From positions 1 through 32,000 of the forward strand of contig JAUWKS010000026.1 in the NCBI GenBank assembly GCA_030614005.1: DNA of 32,000 nucleotides, read 5' to 3'. Position numbers and translations under genes: made by a program. The notes under the pieces were generated by a model that searched no databases, was not told where the DNA came from, and saw only the letters and a program-made list of their open reading frames with translations. The DNA comes from Candidatus Heimdallarchaeota archaeon (lineage in GTDB: Archaea; Asgardarchaeota; Heimdallarchaeia; JABLTI01). Below are positions 1 to 9,008 of this stretch, piece after piece (the first letter of the stretch is position 1; each line of letters opens with the position of its first letter).

Positions 1-1
1 A

Positions 2-1114
2 GATACAGAGCTAGATAATGCAAATCCTATTGATCATTTAATAGGAAAATCATTAGAACTAGCATTTTCAGATGAAAATAAGGATAGAATCATACCTGTA
101 TTGGTAAACGAAATTGCAGTTGAAATTGTTCTAGCTAAAGAGGACTCTATAACTATAGATCAAATAAAGACATTAGTTTTAACGATAATATCAAGTTCAT
201 TCATTCTTGAATCATTGAATTTAGATGTATTAGTTAAAGATGATAAAACTTTAACTAAATTACTGACAGTGCTGACAGACATAAACTCAAGTTTATCTAA
301 ATTGCTAAAGATGAAACCATATTCATTACTTATAGTTGATGCTACAAAAATAATTAAATCAATTCGAGACGTGCAAGGGATAATTGAAACTCTACAAAAA
401 ATTGATTCAAACAAAGAATTAGCAGTAAAGATAGAGAAAATGGCTGATAAAATCAAAGAGCAATTGGATACTAAACCAATTGCTAAATCCTCTATTAAGC
501 TGCCAAAAAATAAACTAAAGATCAGTAAGAATAAACTACTTTCTGCTATTTCAGCATCAGATGGGGAAGTGTTAGAAATACGAACAAGAGCTGGAACATA
601 TTACACAACAGCTAAAGTATTGGAAAGAACTCTACCAAATAAAGATAAAAGGGTGGAATTGTTAACAGACAGAGAAATTGAGGTTAAGATAGAGGTTCTA
701 AATTCAATAATAAAATTACTTGAGGAAGAGAAAAAATCAATATCGAAAAAGGATTTTGAAAAAATAAAGAACGATTATTTAATGCAATTAATGGGCGCAG
801 AGCAAGTACTAACAAAAAGAAGAGGTTCATTCAAAAGAATCACTTGTCCAAATTGTGGAGCAATGAATTCATCTATAGTACAATACTGTAAAAAATGTAA
901 GAATCAATTGCCATATTGTATTGTCTGTTTGAGCAGCATAGGAGTGGGGACTGAAGTGATCGTATGTCCTCATTGTGAGAGTTTTGCTCACGCTGAACAT
1001 TTCTCACAATGGTTGGAAAAAACTGATATTTGTCCATACTGTAAGGAAAAAATAAGTAAGAAATTAGAAACTGATGTTATTGAAAAAATACCAAAAATCA
1101 AAAAAACAAATTAA
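2..1114 (+). CDS. 5'-truncated helical/coiled-coil protein with C-terminal zinc finger + RING-type module (putative E3 ligase-like)
   Basis: Frame is open from base 2 (DTELDNANPIDHLIGKSLELAFSDENKDRIIPV) into the tracked ORF at 101, so the true start lies left of the window. C-terminus: CPNC-x10-CKKC-x6-CIVC-x12-CPHC-x4-H-x2-H-x3-W-x6-CPYC (844-1042). Confidence 0.8.
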   Translation, partial: DTELDNANPIDHLIGKSLELAFSDENKDRIIPVLVNEIAVEIVLAKEDSITIDQIKTLVLTIISSSFILESLNLDVLVKDDKTLTKLLTVLTDINSSLSKLLKMKPYSLLIVDATKIIKSIRDVQGIIETLQKIDSNKELAVKIEKMADKIKEQLDTKPIAKSSIKLPKNKLKISKNKLLSAISASDGEVLEIRTRAGTYYTTAKVLERTLPNKDKRVELLTDREIEVKIEVLNSIIKLLEEEKKSISKKDFEKIKNDYLMQLMGAEQVLTKRRGSFKRITCPNCGAMNSSIVQYCKKCKNQLPYCIVCLSSIGVGTEVIVCPHCESFAHAEHFSQWLEKTDICPYCKEKISKKLETDVIEKIPKIKKTN

Positions 1115-1165
1115 TTTAATAATCAGAGAAACAAAATAATAGCATTCAAAATTGGAAGTACTAAG

Positions 1166-2413
1166 ATGATTGATCAAGAGATTCTGAAGGAAAATGCTAC
1201 AATTGCAAGAGCATTTCTCAATATAGCTATTATTCAACGGGATTTTTCTTGGAGGTTCCAAGAAAAGATTTGTCGTGCGGAAATTAAAGAAACAAAGAAG
1301 GCTTTCAATAGAATATCATTGGCAGTCTCTGCAGTTCTTGTAGTCATTATTTCTGTTTTGATCATCGTTCAGAACCAAGTAGGAATTTTCGTAAATGATA
1401 CAATAATACCAATTTTGATTTTTCCATTAATTGTAGTATTAATTGTCATAGCAATTTTTGAATTCGTTTTAGTTAGAAAAATAGGTTACAAAGAATTAGT
1501 GAAAAATCTTGGAACAGAACAAATAATCTCAAAAGAGCTCGAACAACATCTAAAATCAAATACAAAAGCATATCTTATCATTCAGAAACATTTTGAAATC
1601 GTTAAGAAAGTTGAAACAACCAGTTTGTTACCTGGATATCTGTTAAAGATCTTACTTGATTTAAAGAAAATCGATGAAGAAAAGATTTCATACAATAAGT
1701 TTTACAAATATCTATTCTATATTTCTCTGGGAAAATCGGAACTAATTTATCAAGTTTTAGAAGAAAGTACCAATAGGAATGAAATAATTGATTTAATTAT
1801 CGAATTTTCTGAACCTTATAAAAAATTGGTCAATGAATTTAGTATTGGTAGCAATGTTCCACTTTACTTTAAAGAAAAAACAGTTAAAATATTGGACAAC
1901 ATAGATACTTTTGATCCCAGATTTTTTGATAACTCCAAACCAAACAATGAATCAAATTTTGCTGCTCTAGATAATTTTTTGAAAAGGATTTCTAAAGAAG
2001 AAATAGAATGGGTTTTGGTTGGTTCAACTAACCTTGCTCTCCAAGGTATTGACATACAAGCAAAAGATATTGACATCATTACAACTAAGGATGGTGCCGA
2101 TAAAATAGCAGAACTCTTTAAGAAAAATATAACAAAAAAAGTGGAATACAGTGAAGCGGAGAGATTCAAATCATTTTTCGGAAAGCTAGAAATAAAAGGC
2201 ATCAAGTTTGAAATAATGGCTGAGTTGTCATACAAATCAGAAAAGGGTGACTGGATAAAATCGGAATCTTTAACAAAGAAAGAATATTTCGATTACAAGA
2301 AATTCAAAGTACCAATTAATCCAATTAGTCTAGAGAAAGAATTTTATCTCAAAATAAATAGGGACGATGATTTAGCTAAAATAGAAAGAATAAATGAATT
2401 TTTCCAATCTTGA
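1166..2413 (+). CDS. Membrane-anchored (2 TM) protein with C-terminal Pol-beta-superfamily nucleotidyltransferase domain
   Basis: Two hydrophobic segments (ISLAVSAVLVVIISVLIIV; IIPILIFPLIVVLIVIAIFEFVLV). C-terminal ~150 aa contain EWVLVGSTNLALQGIDIQAKDIDII (GS...DxD) and KFEIMAE. Confidence 0.7.
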   Translation: MIDQEILKENATIARAFLNIAIIQRDFSWRFQEKICRAEIKETKKAFNRISLAVSAVLVVIISVLIIVQNQVGIFVNDTIIPILIFPLIVVLIVIAIFEFVLVRKIGYKELVKNLGTEQIISKELEQHLKSNTKAYLIIQKHFEIVKKVETTSLLPGYLLKILLDLKKIDEEKISYNKFYKYLFYISLGKSELIYQVLEESTNRNEIIDLIIEFSEPYKKLVNEFSIGSNVPLYFKEKTVKILDNIDTFDPRFFDNSKPNNESNFAALDNFLKRISKEEIEWVLVGSTNLALQGIDIQAKDIDIITTKDGADKIAELFKKNITKKVEYSEAERFKSFFGKLEIKGIKFEIMAELSYKSEKGDWIKSESLTKKEYFDYKKFKVPINPISLEKEFYLKINRDDDLAKIERINEFFQS

Positions 2414-2478
2414 TAATAGTTAATGATTTAAACTAGTGTTAGCTATTTTGAAGTACATTTTACAATCTGTCATGAGGT

Positions 2479-3093
2479 ATGTATTTGAAGATAATATTAA
2501 TTCGACATGGAGAAAGCGAAGCCAATCGTCAGAGAATCGTTCAAGGGCACAAAGATTTTCCTCTTTCAGAATTGGGTCTGAAACAAGCCGAAGATATGGG
2601 TGACTTTTTGCTTGAAAATAACTATTCTTTTGATTCAGTTTACTCTTCTGATCTTACTCGAGCCAAAACAACTGCTGAAATAATTTGTAAAAAACTTCAT
2701 ATTGATAAAATAAAAACGGATGAGCGGTTACGTGAATTCAATCTAGGAATTTATCAAGGTCGTAGAAATGATGAAATGACTGCTGAAGATAATTCTTTTC
2801 TGCAATCTTGTTGGAAAGATGATTTGAAAAGAGTACCTGACGGAGAAAATGTACAAGAAATGAAAGAGCGAGTAAAGGATGTTTTTACTGACATAGTTTC
2901 AACGAATGATTCGAAAGCAACCATTCTCATTGTTGGACACGGAGGATCATTATTTCACATCCTTGATTCCACATTAAAAATTTATCCGGAAAAAGCTGAA
3001 TGGTTTGAGAATTGTAAATTAAATGAAATTATTCAACAATCTGGTACAGAAAAATGGCTTTTAACAATATATAATGGTAAGAATATTTCCTAA
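2479..3093 (+). CDS. Histidine phosphatase (phosphoglycerate mutase-like) family protein
   Basis: LIRHGES, YSSDLTRAKTTA, LREFNLG and VGHGGS motifs. Confidence 0.92.
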   Translation: MYLKIILIRHGESEANRQRIVQGHKDFPLSELGLKQAEDMGDFLLENNYSFDSVYSSDLTRAKTTAEIICKKLHIDKIKTDERLREFNLGIYQGRRNDEMTAEDNSFLQSCWKDDLKRVPDGENVQEMKERVKDVFTDIVSTNDSKATILIVGHGGSLFHILDSTLKIYPEKAEWFENCKLNEIIQQSGTEKWLLTIYNGKNIS

Positions 3094-3171
3094 TGTGGGA
3101 TTTCCTGAAAATTAATCAGCTTATGCAAGGAATAGGTCAACTAAATGTTCAGAAATGTATTTAGTTTAGAG

Positions 3172-3189
3172 AAGGGAAAATTTTCCCTT
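3172..3189. terminator. 18-bp perfect palindrome between convergent genes; candidate bidirectional terminator
   Basis: AAGGGAAAATTTTCCCTT lies between the stop of 2479..3093 (+) and the stop of 3198..4640 (-). Confidence 0.5.
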
Positions 3190-3197
3190 TCTATAGA

Positions 3198-4640
3198 TTA
3201 CCAATTTAAAACATGTTCAGCTATCATTCCACTAACGAAATTAAGCAAATTCTTTTCGTAAATTAGATTTACTGTAGCATATGGATCAATCTTGTATGCT
3301 TTTGCTAACCATTCAACATTATTTAGATGAACTGGTTCTTTTGTTAGAAATGAAATTGCAGCACCAACAATTGCTTCAATATTTTTATGTTCAATAAGTA
3401 AAGCTTTCAAAAACGAAACCCTTGTTGAAAAGATAGATTTTTGAAGTGAAGAAACGCTACTTTTATCTAAATTAACAAAATTTTGCCAACCTTGATTGAT
3501 AAAGAATTCAGTTGTATAATTAGAGCCAAGTTTTTGAGACTCAATTCTAGCTTCTACAAAACATAAATTATGTGTTTTAGAAAGAGCATCATTCATATTA
3601 TATGAGAGCTTTCCAGTGTATTTATTTACCATAGCTAATGCTTCTTCCTCAGAAAGTCCTAATAATGAGGGAAGATAAAAGGGCAGAGATACTTTTTTTA
3701 GAAGTAAGTCTATTTTTTCTTCAGTAGTAAGGTTATCCTTTGTACAAAATGCCATTTGCACTAATTTATTTAATTGGTAATGAAAACCATAAAGGGTAGA
3801 ATGAGTAATACCCGCAGGTTTAGTAATTAAATCAATCTTAACCTCAGAGTTTTTCATATTAGATTCTAATCCAGGTGTAAAAGTAGAACTTGGCATATGA
3901 ACCGGAGCTAGTTTTTGAGCATTGCCATTTTCCTTCACTTTTTTATTATGCTGATCGCGAACTCGCTTACGAAACTCTTCAGAAACAATCTCAACGTCTT
4001 TAACTTCTAGGAAATCCTCAGGTTGCTTAATATTAAGAATAATGCTGTCATAAGTGATGGCTAATTCAATATCGAAAAGAGTTTTGTTAAGTTGTTTAGC
4101 AAAAGTAAAAATTTCAAAAGCAGCTGAATGATAACCAAGAATAGAATAACAAAAACCAATACCAATTAACGTTGCATTAAACTTAGGACTTTGTTCTAAA
4201 GCTAGTGTGAATTGAAACATTGACTTCCACATAGTTTGTTTGCGCACATTCTTGGGGTCGATTGTAGAAATCGTCATTTTGAGTCCACTAATAGCGTCTT
4301 CGTAAAAAGGAATAGGATCTAAACGTAATTTTACATTGTGATCAACATCAAGCTTTCCGTTGATAGTTTCCTTCAACATTTCATCTATCATTTCCCGAGC
4401 TTTCTGCTCAAAGGAAGCATCGCAAAACACAAAATCTAACTCATCATCAGGAAGTTGATCTTTAACTCTAGTAAAGATTTCTTCAGCTATTTGTTTATTA
4501 ATTCCAAATAAGAAGATAATGTGGCTAGGTTTCAAACCAGTTAGATACAATTTAATGAATTTATTTTCAACAGATAATTCCTCTCGAGAAAAAATGGACT
4601 CAAAACTACTAAAACTGGACTTTTTAAACACCAAATTCAC
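3198..4640 (-). CDS. Hypothetical protein with a TPR-like hairpin and two HTH-like segments
   Basis: 480-aa ORF. TPR-like segment ALEQSPKFNATLIGIGFCYSILGYHSAAFEIFTFAKQLN. No family recognised. Confidence 0.65.
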   Translation of the reverse strand: MNLVFKKSSFSSFESIFSREELSVENKFIKLYLTGLKPSHIIFLFGINKQIAEEIFTRVKDQLPDDELDFVFCDASFEQKAREMIDEMLKETINGKLDVDHNVKLRLDPIPFYEDAISGLKMTISTIDPKNVRKQTMWKSMFQFTLALEQSPKFNATLIGIGFCYSILGYHSAAFEIFTFAKQLNKTLFDIELAITYDSIILNIKQPEDFLEVKDVEIVSEEFRKRVRDQHNKKVKENGNAQKLAPVHMPSSTFTPGLESNMKNSEVKIDLITKPAGITHSTLYGFHYQLNKLVQMAFCTKDNLTTEEKIDLLLKKVSLPFYLPSLLGLSEEEALAMVNKYTGKLSYNMNDALSKTHNLCFVEARIESQKLGSNYTTEFFINQGWQNFVNLDKSSVSSLQKSIFSTRVSFLKALLIEHKNIEAIVGAAISFLTKEPVHLNNVEWLAKAYKIDPYATVNLIYEKNLLNFVSGMIAEHVLNW

Positions 4641-4825
4641 CTTTCAATTATAATTGAAATATAGTTTTAATATTAGTGACAATAATGCGAGAAGCATTTA
4701 AAGATTTAGCAAGAAAAAGAGGAATAGTTTCTTAAATGAAATTATTTAATAATCTGCTACAGAAAAGCAGATTTTAACAATATATTTAATGACAAGAAAA
4801 AAGCTAACTGATAGGATTTGTAAAA

Positions 4826-5527
4826 ATGAAAAAAATTGGCATAATTGGTGGATTGAGTTCTGAGTCAACTATTGAGTATTATCGCTTATTAGTAAGACAA
4901 TATAACAAATTAAAAGGTGGGTTATCTTCTCCGGATGTAATAATTGATAGTCTAGACCTTGAAACATTGACTAATCAAATGCAAAACAAAAACTATCCTG
5001 AGATGTTAGCAAATCTGAAACAAGCGGCAAAGAATTTAGTAGTAGGTGGAGCAGAAGTTGTGATTATGGCTACAAATACACCACACATTGTTTTTGATGA
5101 TTTACAAAAGGATGTCTCTGTTCCAATGATCAGCATAATGGATGCAACAGCACACAAAATTCTCGAAAAGAAATTGGATAAAGTTGGTCTTCTAGGAACC
5201 AGATTTACTATGCAAACTGGTTATTACCATGAAGCTTTGAAGAAATTTAATATCAAAGTTGTTGTTCCCGAACTTGAAGATCAGAATTTAATTGATAAAA
5301 TCATTTATGAGGAATTAGTATATCATACAATTACTCAAGAATCAAAAGAAGTCTATCTTGAGATAATCAATAAATTACAAGAGAGCGGTGCTCAAGGAGT
5401 TATTTTAGGTTGCACAGAAATACCACTATTGATTAAACAAGAAGATTCACCTATTCCTGTATTTGATACAACAACAAATCATGCATTGGCGGTGTTGCAC
5501 TTCTCACTAATGGATGAGGAAGAATAA
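4826..5527 (+). CDS. Aspartate/glutamate racemase family protein (RacX/YgeA type)
   Basis: MKKIGIIGGLSSESTIEYY, ATNTPH, VGLLGTRFTM and VILGCTEIPLL motifs. Confidence 0.93.
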   Translation: MKKIGIIGGLSSESTIEYYRLLVRQYNKLKGGLSSPDVIIDSLDLETLTNQMQNKNYPEMLANLKQAAKNLVVGGAEVVIMATNTPHIVFDDLQKDVSVPMISIMDATAHKILEKKLDKVGLLGTRFTMQTGYYHEALKKFNIKVVVPELEDQNLIDKIIYEELVYHTITQESKEVYLEIINKLQESGAQGVILGCTEIPLLIKQEDSPIPVFDTTTNHALAVLHFSLMDEEE

Positions 5528-5568
5528 ATCAGCTAAATTATTTGATTTCAGAAATTATTTCCAAAGAA

Positions 5569-8169
5569 CTATAAACTAATCAATTCAGCCATAATTTCAT
5601 TTTCTTCTAATTTTTTACATGACGAAAGAATTTTCTTGAGTATACTCAAGTTATTTTTACTCTCGAGATAGTTGGTATCTGGACTTTTAGTATGATCTGT
5701 AAATAGTTCAAGAAACCAATTATCATAATCTATTTCTTCAAGATTTGAATTCAGTGTTGATATTATTCCTGATTGTAATTCTCTTTCGAAATATATTGTA
5801 TCGACAAGAAAATCGCTTAAACTCTTAAGGAACAACATTGCATCACCAACTTCTGTAATTTCTTTCAATTGCTGATTCTGAGCTAAAAATAACTGATAGT
5901 TGGCTAATTTTGTTAATATGTTTTGTAACTTCACATCTTCTGGAATTATTATTGGGAGTTCTTTCAGATAGCTGCCATTAAATCGAAGATATCCTCCAGC
6001 AAGATGTGTGCCACTAAACAAGGAAGAAAAGATTACATTAAGAATATCTGAATTTAAAATCAAAGTAAGTATTTTCATCATATCTGGGTTGTGTGGATAG
6101 AACATGTAAATACCTGTAAGATTTGCGAAAATACCAGAATCATATGCTACTGTCAGTTCTGTTGCCACTTCTTTAATCAGTAATTTAGGTTTATTGAAAA
6201 GTTTTGTATGTTTCTCATCTCTAATTTTGAGAAATGGACTTTCAAATTTTTGCTTAGATAATCGAACTGGTTTTTGGAAATTAATAGAATAAGACGAGAC
6301 GTTTGAGGTCCCTATGATCCTGAAATCACTATTAGACATACGATTTTCAGTGATTTGTTTAACATTTTTATTCCAATCTGTAAAACCTAAAACACGATAT
6401 GCAAATTTACCATATGAATCTAATTTCAATGCTAAGGGATTATTCATGATTGATTGTATTAATTCAAGATTTGCTGAAATATTGAAAATCATTTTTGGTA
6501 ATTGATAAAAATCAATTTGTTTTCTATAGTATTTTCCAAAAGAATTCATTTCTAGTTCTTTTAGGTCCTCTATTTTTGAGGACACGTAAAACTGATTTTC
6601 TAGGTTCTCTTCTTTGTCGTTTTTTATTGCTTTTTCAAGTGTGAGGATAATGGGATAAATTGAAGCATCTTGAAAAACAGGTAAATAGGAAACATCAATT
6701 ATTGAAAGTATTTTAGATTGGGTTAGAATGATCTCTCTGATATTTTCTCCAAAATCTGTAGAGAGAAATTTATTGGTAATAATAAACGATAGCAAGCCAT
6801 CTTCTTTTAACAATTGTTGTGCACGTTCAATGAACAGAATTGATATATCATACAATTTATATGCGGAATAATATAGTCGGGAAAAGAATTCTTTTTCTGT
6901 TTTGTTTCTAATCTTCTTAATTTCAATATAGGGGGGATTACCTATAACTAAATCAAACCCTCCTTCTCCAAGAATGTTTGGAAATCTCTCGCACCAATGT
7001 ATTGGGTTCATTTCTAACAGTTCGTTAATTTTAAAATTATTTTTCTTTCTCTTTTTATTTAGATAATGCAAAAATCCTTCATCAATATTCTCTATTTCTT
7101 TCATATGATTGTTTACAAAACCAATTAGACTATTCCCTGAAACTAAATTGAAATCTAAATCTATAGATTGAGACGAATCGAAAGCTACAACATCTTGATT
7201 TGAAATAAACCATAACCACAAATTTATCCTTGAAATTGAAAGCGCCTCTTCCATCAAATCAGCACCGAATAAATTACTTTCAATAATGATCCTCTTAATT
7301 TCTGCATCAGATATTTTTAATGACAATTTTCCTGTTATGCTTTTTTGTAATTCAAATAAAATTCTAGCAGTTGCTAGTAAAAATTCTCCCGAACCTGAGG
7401 TAATATCTAAAATTCTGAGTTTTGAAAGGATATCATATAAAGTCTTGAGTGAATTTCTATTATCAATACTTTTGATATCTGCTAATTTTTCTAGCGGAAC
7501 AGCCATTTTTTGAGAGAGTATTGAAAGGATAGTTTCTTTGGTCATAAAACTAGTAATCTCTGGTGGTGTGTAGTAAACTCCTTTTTTTCTTCTATCTGTT
7601 AATTGACGGGAGATTGTATTCTTCTCTTTATCTTCTTCTACTGATGATAGAAAGTCGTAATAGTTCATATCTCTTTCAAAAATAGTACTAAAAGATTCAG
7701 TAACATTACTACCGTATTGTTTAATTTTTTCAAAAGAAAATTTAACTAGTTTACTAATTTCTAAATCGTCAAAATAATTTCTCTCTTTATAATAGTCTTT
7801 TGAAAACCAGGCTCTGATTGTTATTGGTAGTTGAATTATAAGTTCTTTATCCCTAATTATATATGAGGTTTTTTTTTGGTTTTTCCCAAAAGAAGTAAAT
7901 AACGCATGCAAATTTTCCTTTTTATCTCTGCTATTCAGAATGCTGTTGAAAATTACTTCTGAAGAACATTTCTCTTCTTCATTACTTTTTATCAAATCAT
8001 TTTTAGTTAGGGCAGGAATCATGAATAAAGCAAAAAGCAAGTGCTGTAGGTATTGTATTACTCTCTTACCATAAAGGTCAGATATTATATCTTTAATTAT
8101 CTCATCTCGAATCTCTTGATATTCATTATAAATTGAGTCAATTTCAGCTTTAGTGAGATTCTTTAACAT
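5569..8169 (-). CDS. N6-adenine DNA methyltransferase, Eco57I/TaqI-like gamma class, with C-terminal target-recognition domain and no evident nuclease domain
   Basis: RRKKGVYYTPPEIT (motif X), ILDITSGSGEFL (motif I), FGADL, FDLVIGNPPY (motif IV) and the TaqI_C-like KLLIKEVA segment. Confidence 0.9.
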   Translation of the reverse strand: MLKNLTKAEIDSIYNEYQEIRDEIIKDIISDLYGKRVIQYLQHLLFALFMIPALTKNDLIKSNEEEKCSSEVIFNSILNSRDKKENLHALFTSFGKNQKKTSYIIRDKELIIQLPITIRAWFSKDYYKERNYFDDLEISKLVKFSFEKIKQYGSNVTESFSTIFERDMNYYDFLSSVEEDKEKNTISRQLTDRRKKGVYYTPPEITSFMTKETILSILSQKMAVPLEKLADIKSIDNRNSLKTLYDILSKLRILDITSGSGEFLLATARILFELQKSITGKLSLKISDAEIKRIIIESNLFGADLMEEALSISRINLWLWFISNQDVVAFDSSQSIDLDFNLVSGNSLIGFVNNHMKEIENIDEGFLHYLNKKRKKNNFKINELLEMNPIHWCERFPNILGEGGFDLVIGNPPYIEIKKIRNKTEKEFFSRLYYSAYKLYDISILFIERAQQLLKEDGLLSFIITNKFLSTDFGENIREIILTQSKILSIIDVSYLPVFQDASIYPIILTLEKAIKNDKEENLENQFYVSSKIEDLKELEMNSFGKYYRKQIDFYQLPKMIFNISANLELIQSIMNNPLALKLDSYGKFAYRVLGFTDWNKNVKQITENRMSNSDFRIIGTSNVSSYSINFQKPVRLSKQKFESPFLKIRDEKHTKLFNKPKLLIKEVATELTVAYDSGIFANLTGIYMFYPHNPDMMKILTLILNSDILNVIFSSLFSGTHLAGGYLRFNGSYLKELPIIIPEDVKLQNILTKLANYQLFLAQNQQLKEITEVGDAMLFLKSLSDFLVDTIYFERELQSGIISTLNSNLEEIDYDNWFLELFTDHTKSPDTNYLESKNNLSILKKILSSCKKLEENEIMAELISL

Positions 8170-8270
8170 TTGTTCTTAATTCCCAGTATGACAAAATTTT
8201 TGACTAACCTAAAAGGCGTACTTTGCAGTTATAAGTTTTATTTGAAGAAATGCGTATAAAAGAAATAGAA

Positions 8271-8295
8271 GGAAAACGAAAGAATTTCGTTATCC
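8271..8295 (-). terminator. Hairpin downstream of ferritin
   Basis: GGA-A-AACGAAA / GAA loop / TTTCGTT-A-TCC, 23 nt past the ferritin stop and followed by a T-rich run on the minus strand. Confidence 0.5.
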
Positions 8296-8318
8296 GCAGA
8301 AAGTATTAACAAATTTAT

Positions 8319-8801
8319 TTATTCTGCACGATGAGTATGGTGATCGAAGAGCATATCACTCTTGAAGCCTGCATACTTGTCCAATAATTCTGATGCATTT
8401 GATTCTTCTTCGATTTGTTCATCTATGAACCATTGAAGTAGAGATCTTGGTTGCAGTTCTTCAAGTTCTTCAGCGAGCTTGACTAAACCAACAATTTTAC
8501 CAGTAATATACTGTTCGTGTTTATAACCAGCTTCGAGGATTTCTTTAATGGATTCCCAATCATTCTTCGGTTTGCTGAGTTCAAATAGCTCAACAGTTCC
8601 ACCTGTCTCTATGATGTAATCGATAAATTTCTTAGCGTGTTCGTATTCTTCTTGCGCTTGAAAATAATACCATTTTCCTAAATTATGGAAAGCTTTCTCT
8701 TCCAACCAGAAAGACATACTCAAATAGAGATATCCAGAATCTAACTCTTCCTTGATCTGCTTGTTTAGAGCAGCATTGAATTTTTTACTTATTAAAGCCA
8801 T
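8319..8801 (-). CDS. ftnA: Ferritin (non-heme, prokaryotic type)
   Basis: LNKQIKEELDSGYLYLSM, QAQEEYEHAKKF, HEQYITGKI and LQWFIDEQIEEE ferroxidase-centre motifs. Confidence 0.95.
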   Translation of the reverse strand: MALISKKFNAALNKQIKEELDSGYLYLSMSFWLEEKAFHNLGKWYYFQAQEEYEHAKKFIDYIIETGGTVELFELSKPKNDWESIKEILEAGYKHEQYITGKIVGLVKLAEELEELQPRSLLQWFIDEQIEEESNASELLDKYAGFKSDMLFDHHTHRAE

Positions 8802-8973
8802 GATAAATCATTCCATGATTTTCGTTCTGAGAAATTAATAACTGAGATTGTATCGTTTGATAGTCGTCCCAAGCAATTTCCCATTTTAAGTAACCTTCCT
8901 ACGTTTAAATAGATGCTTTTTTACAATATATGAAAAATGAGTGAATAATTAACAGTTTCTAAAATGAGAGGGT

Positions 8974-8996
8974 GATATAACTTTAGTAGTTATATC
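8974..8996. terminator. Perfect 9-bp stem / 5-nt loop hairpin just after the gatD stop
   Basis: GATATAACT-TTAGT-AGTTATATC, 12 nt from the gatD stop and upstream of ferritin. Could instead be an operator. Confidence 0.5.
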
Positions 8997-9008
8997 TAAC
9001 CAATTTAT

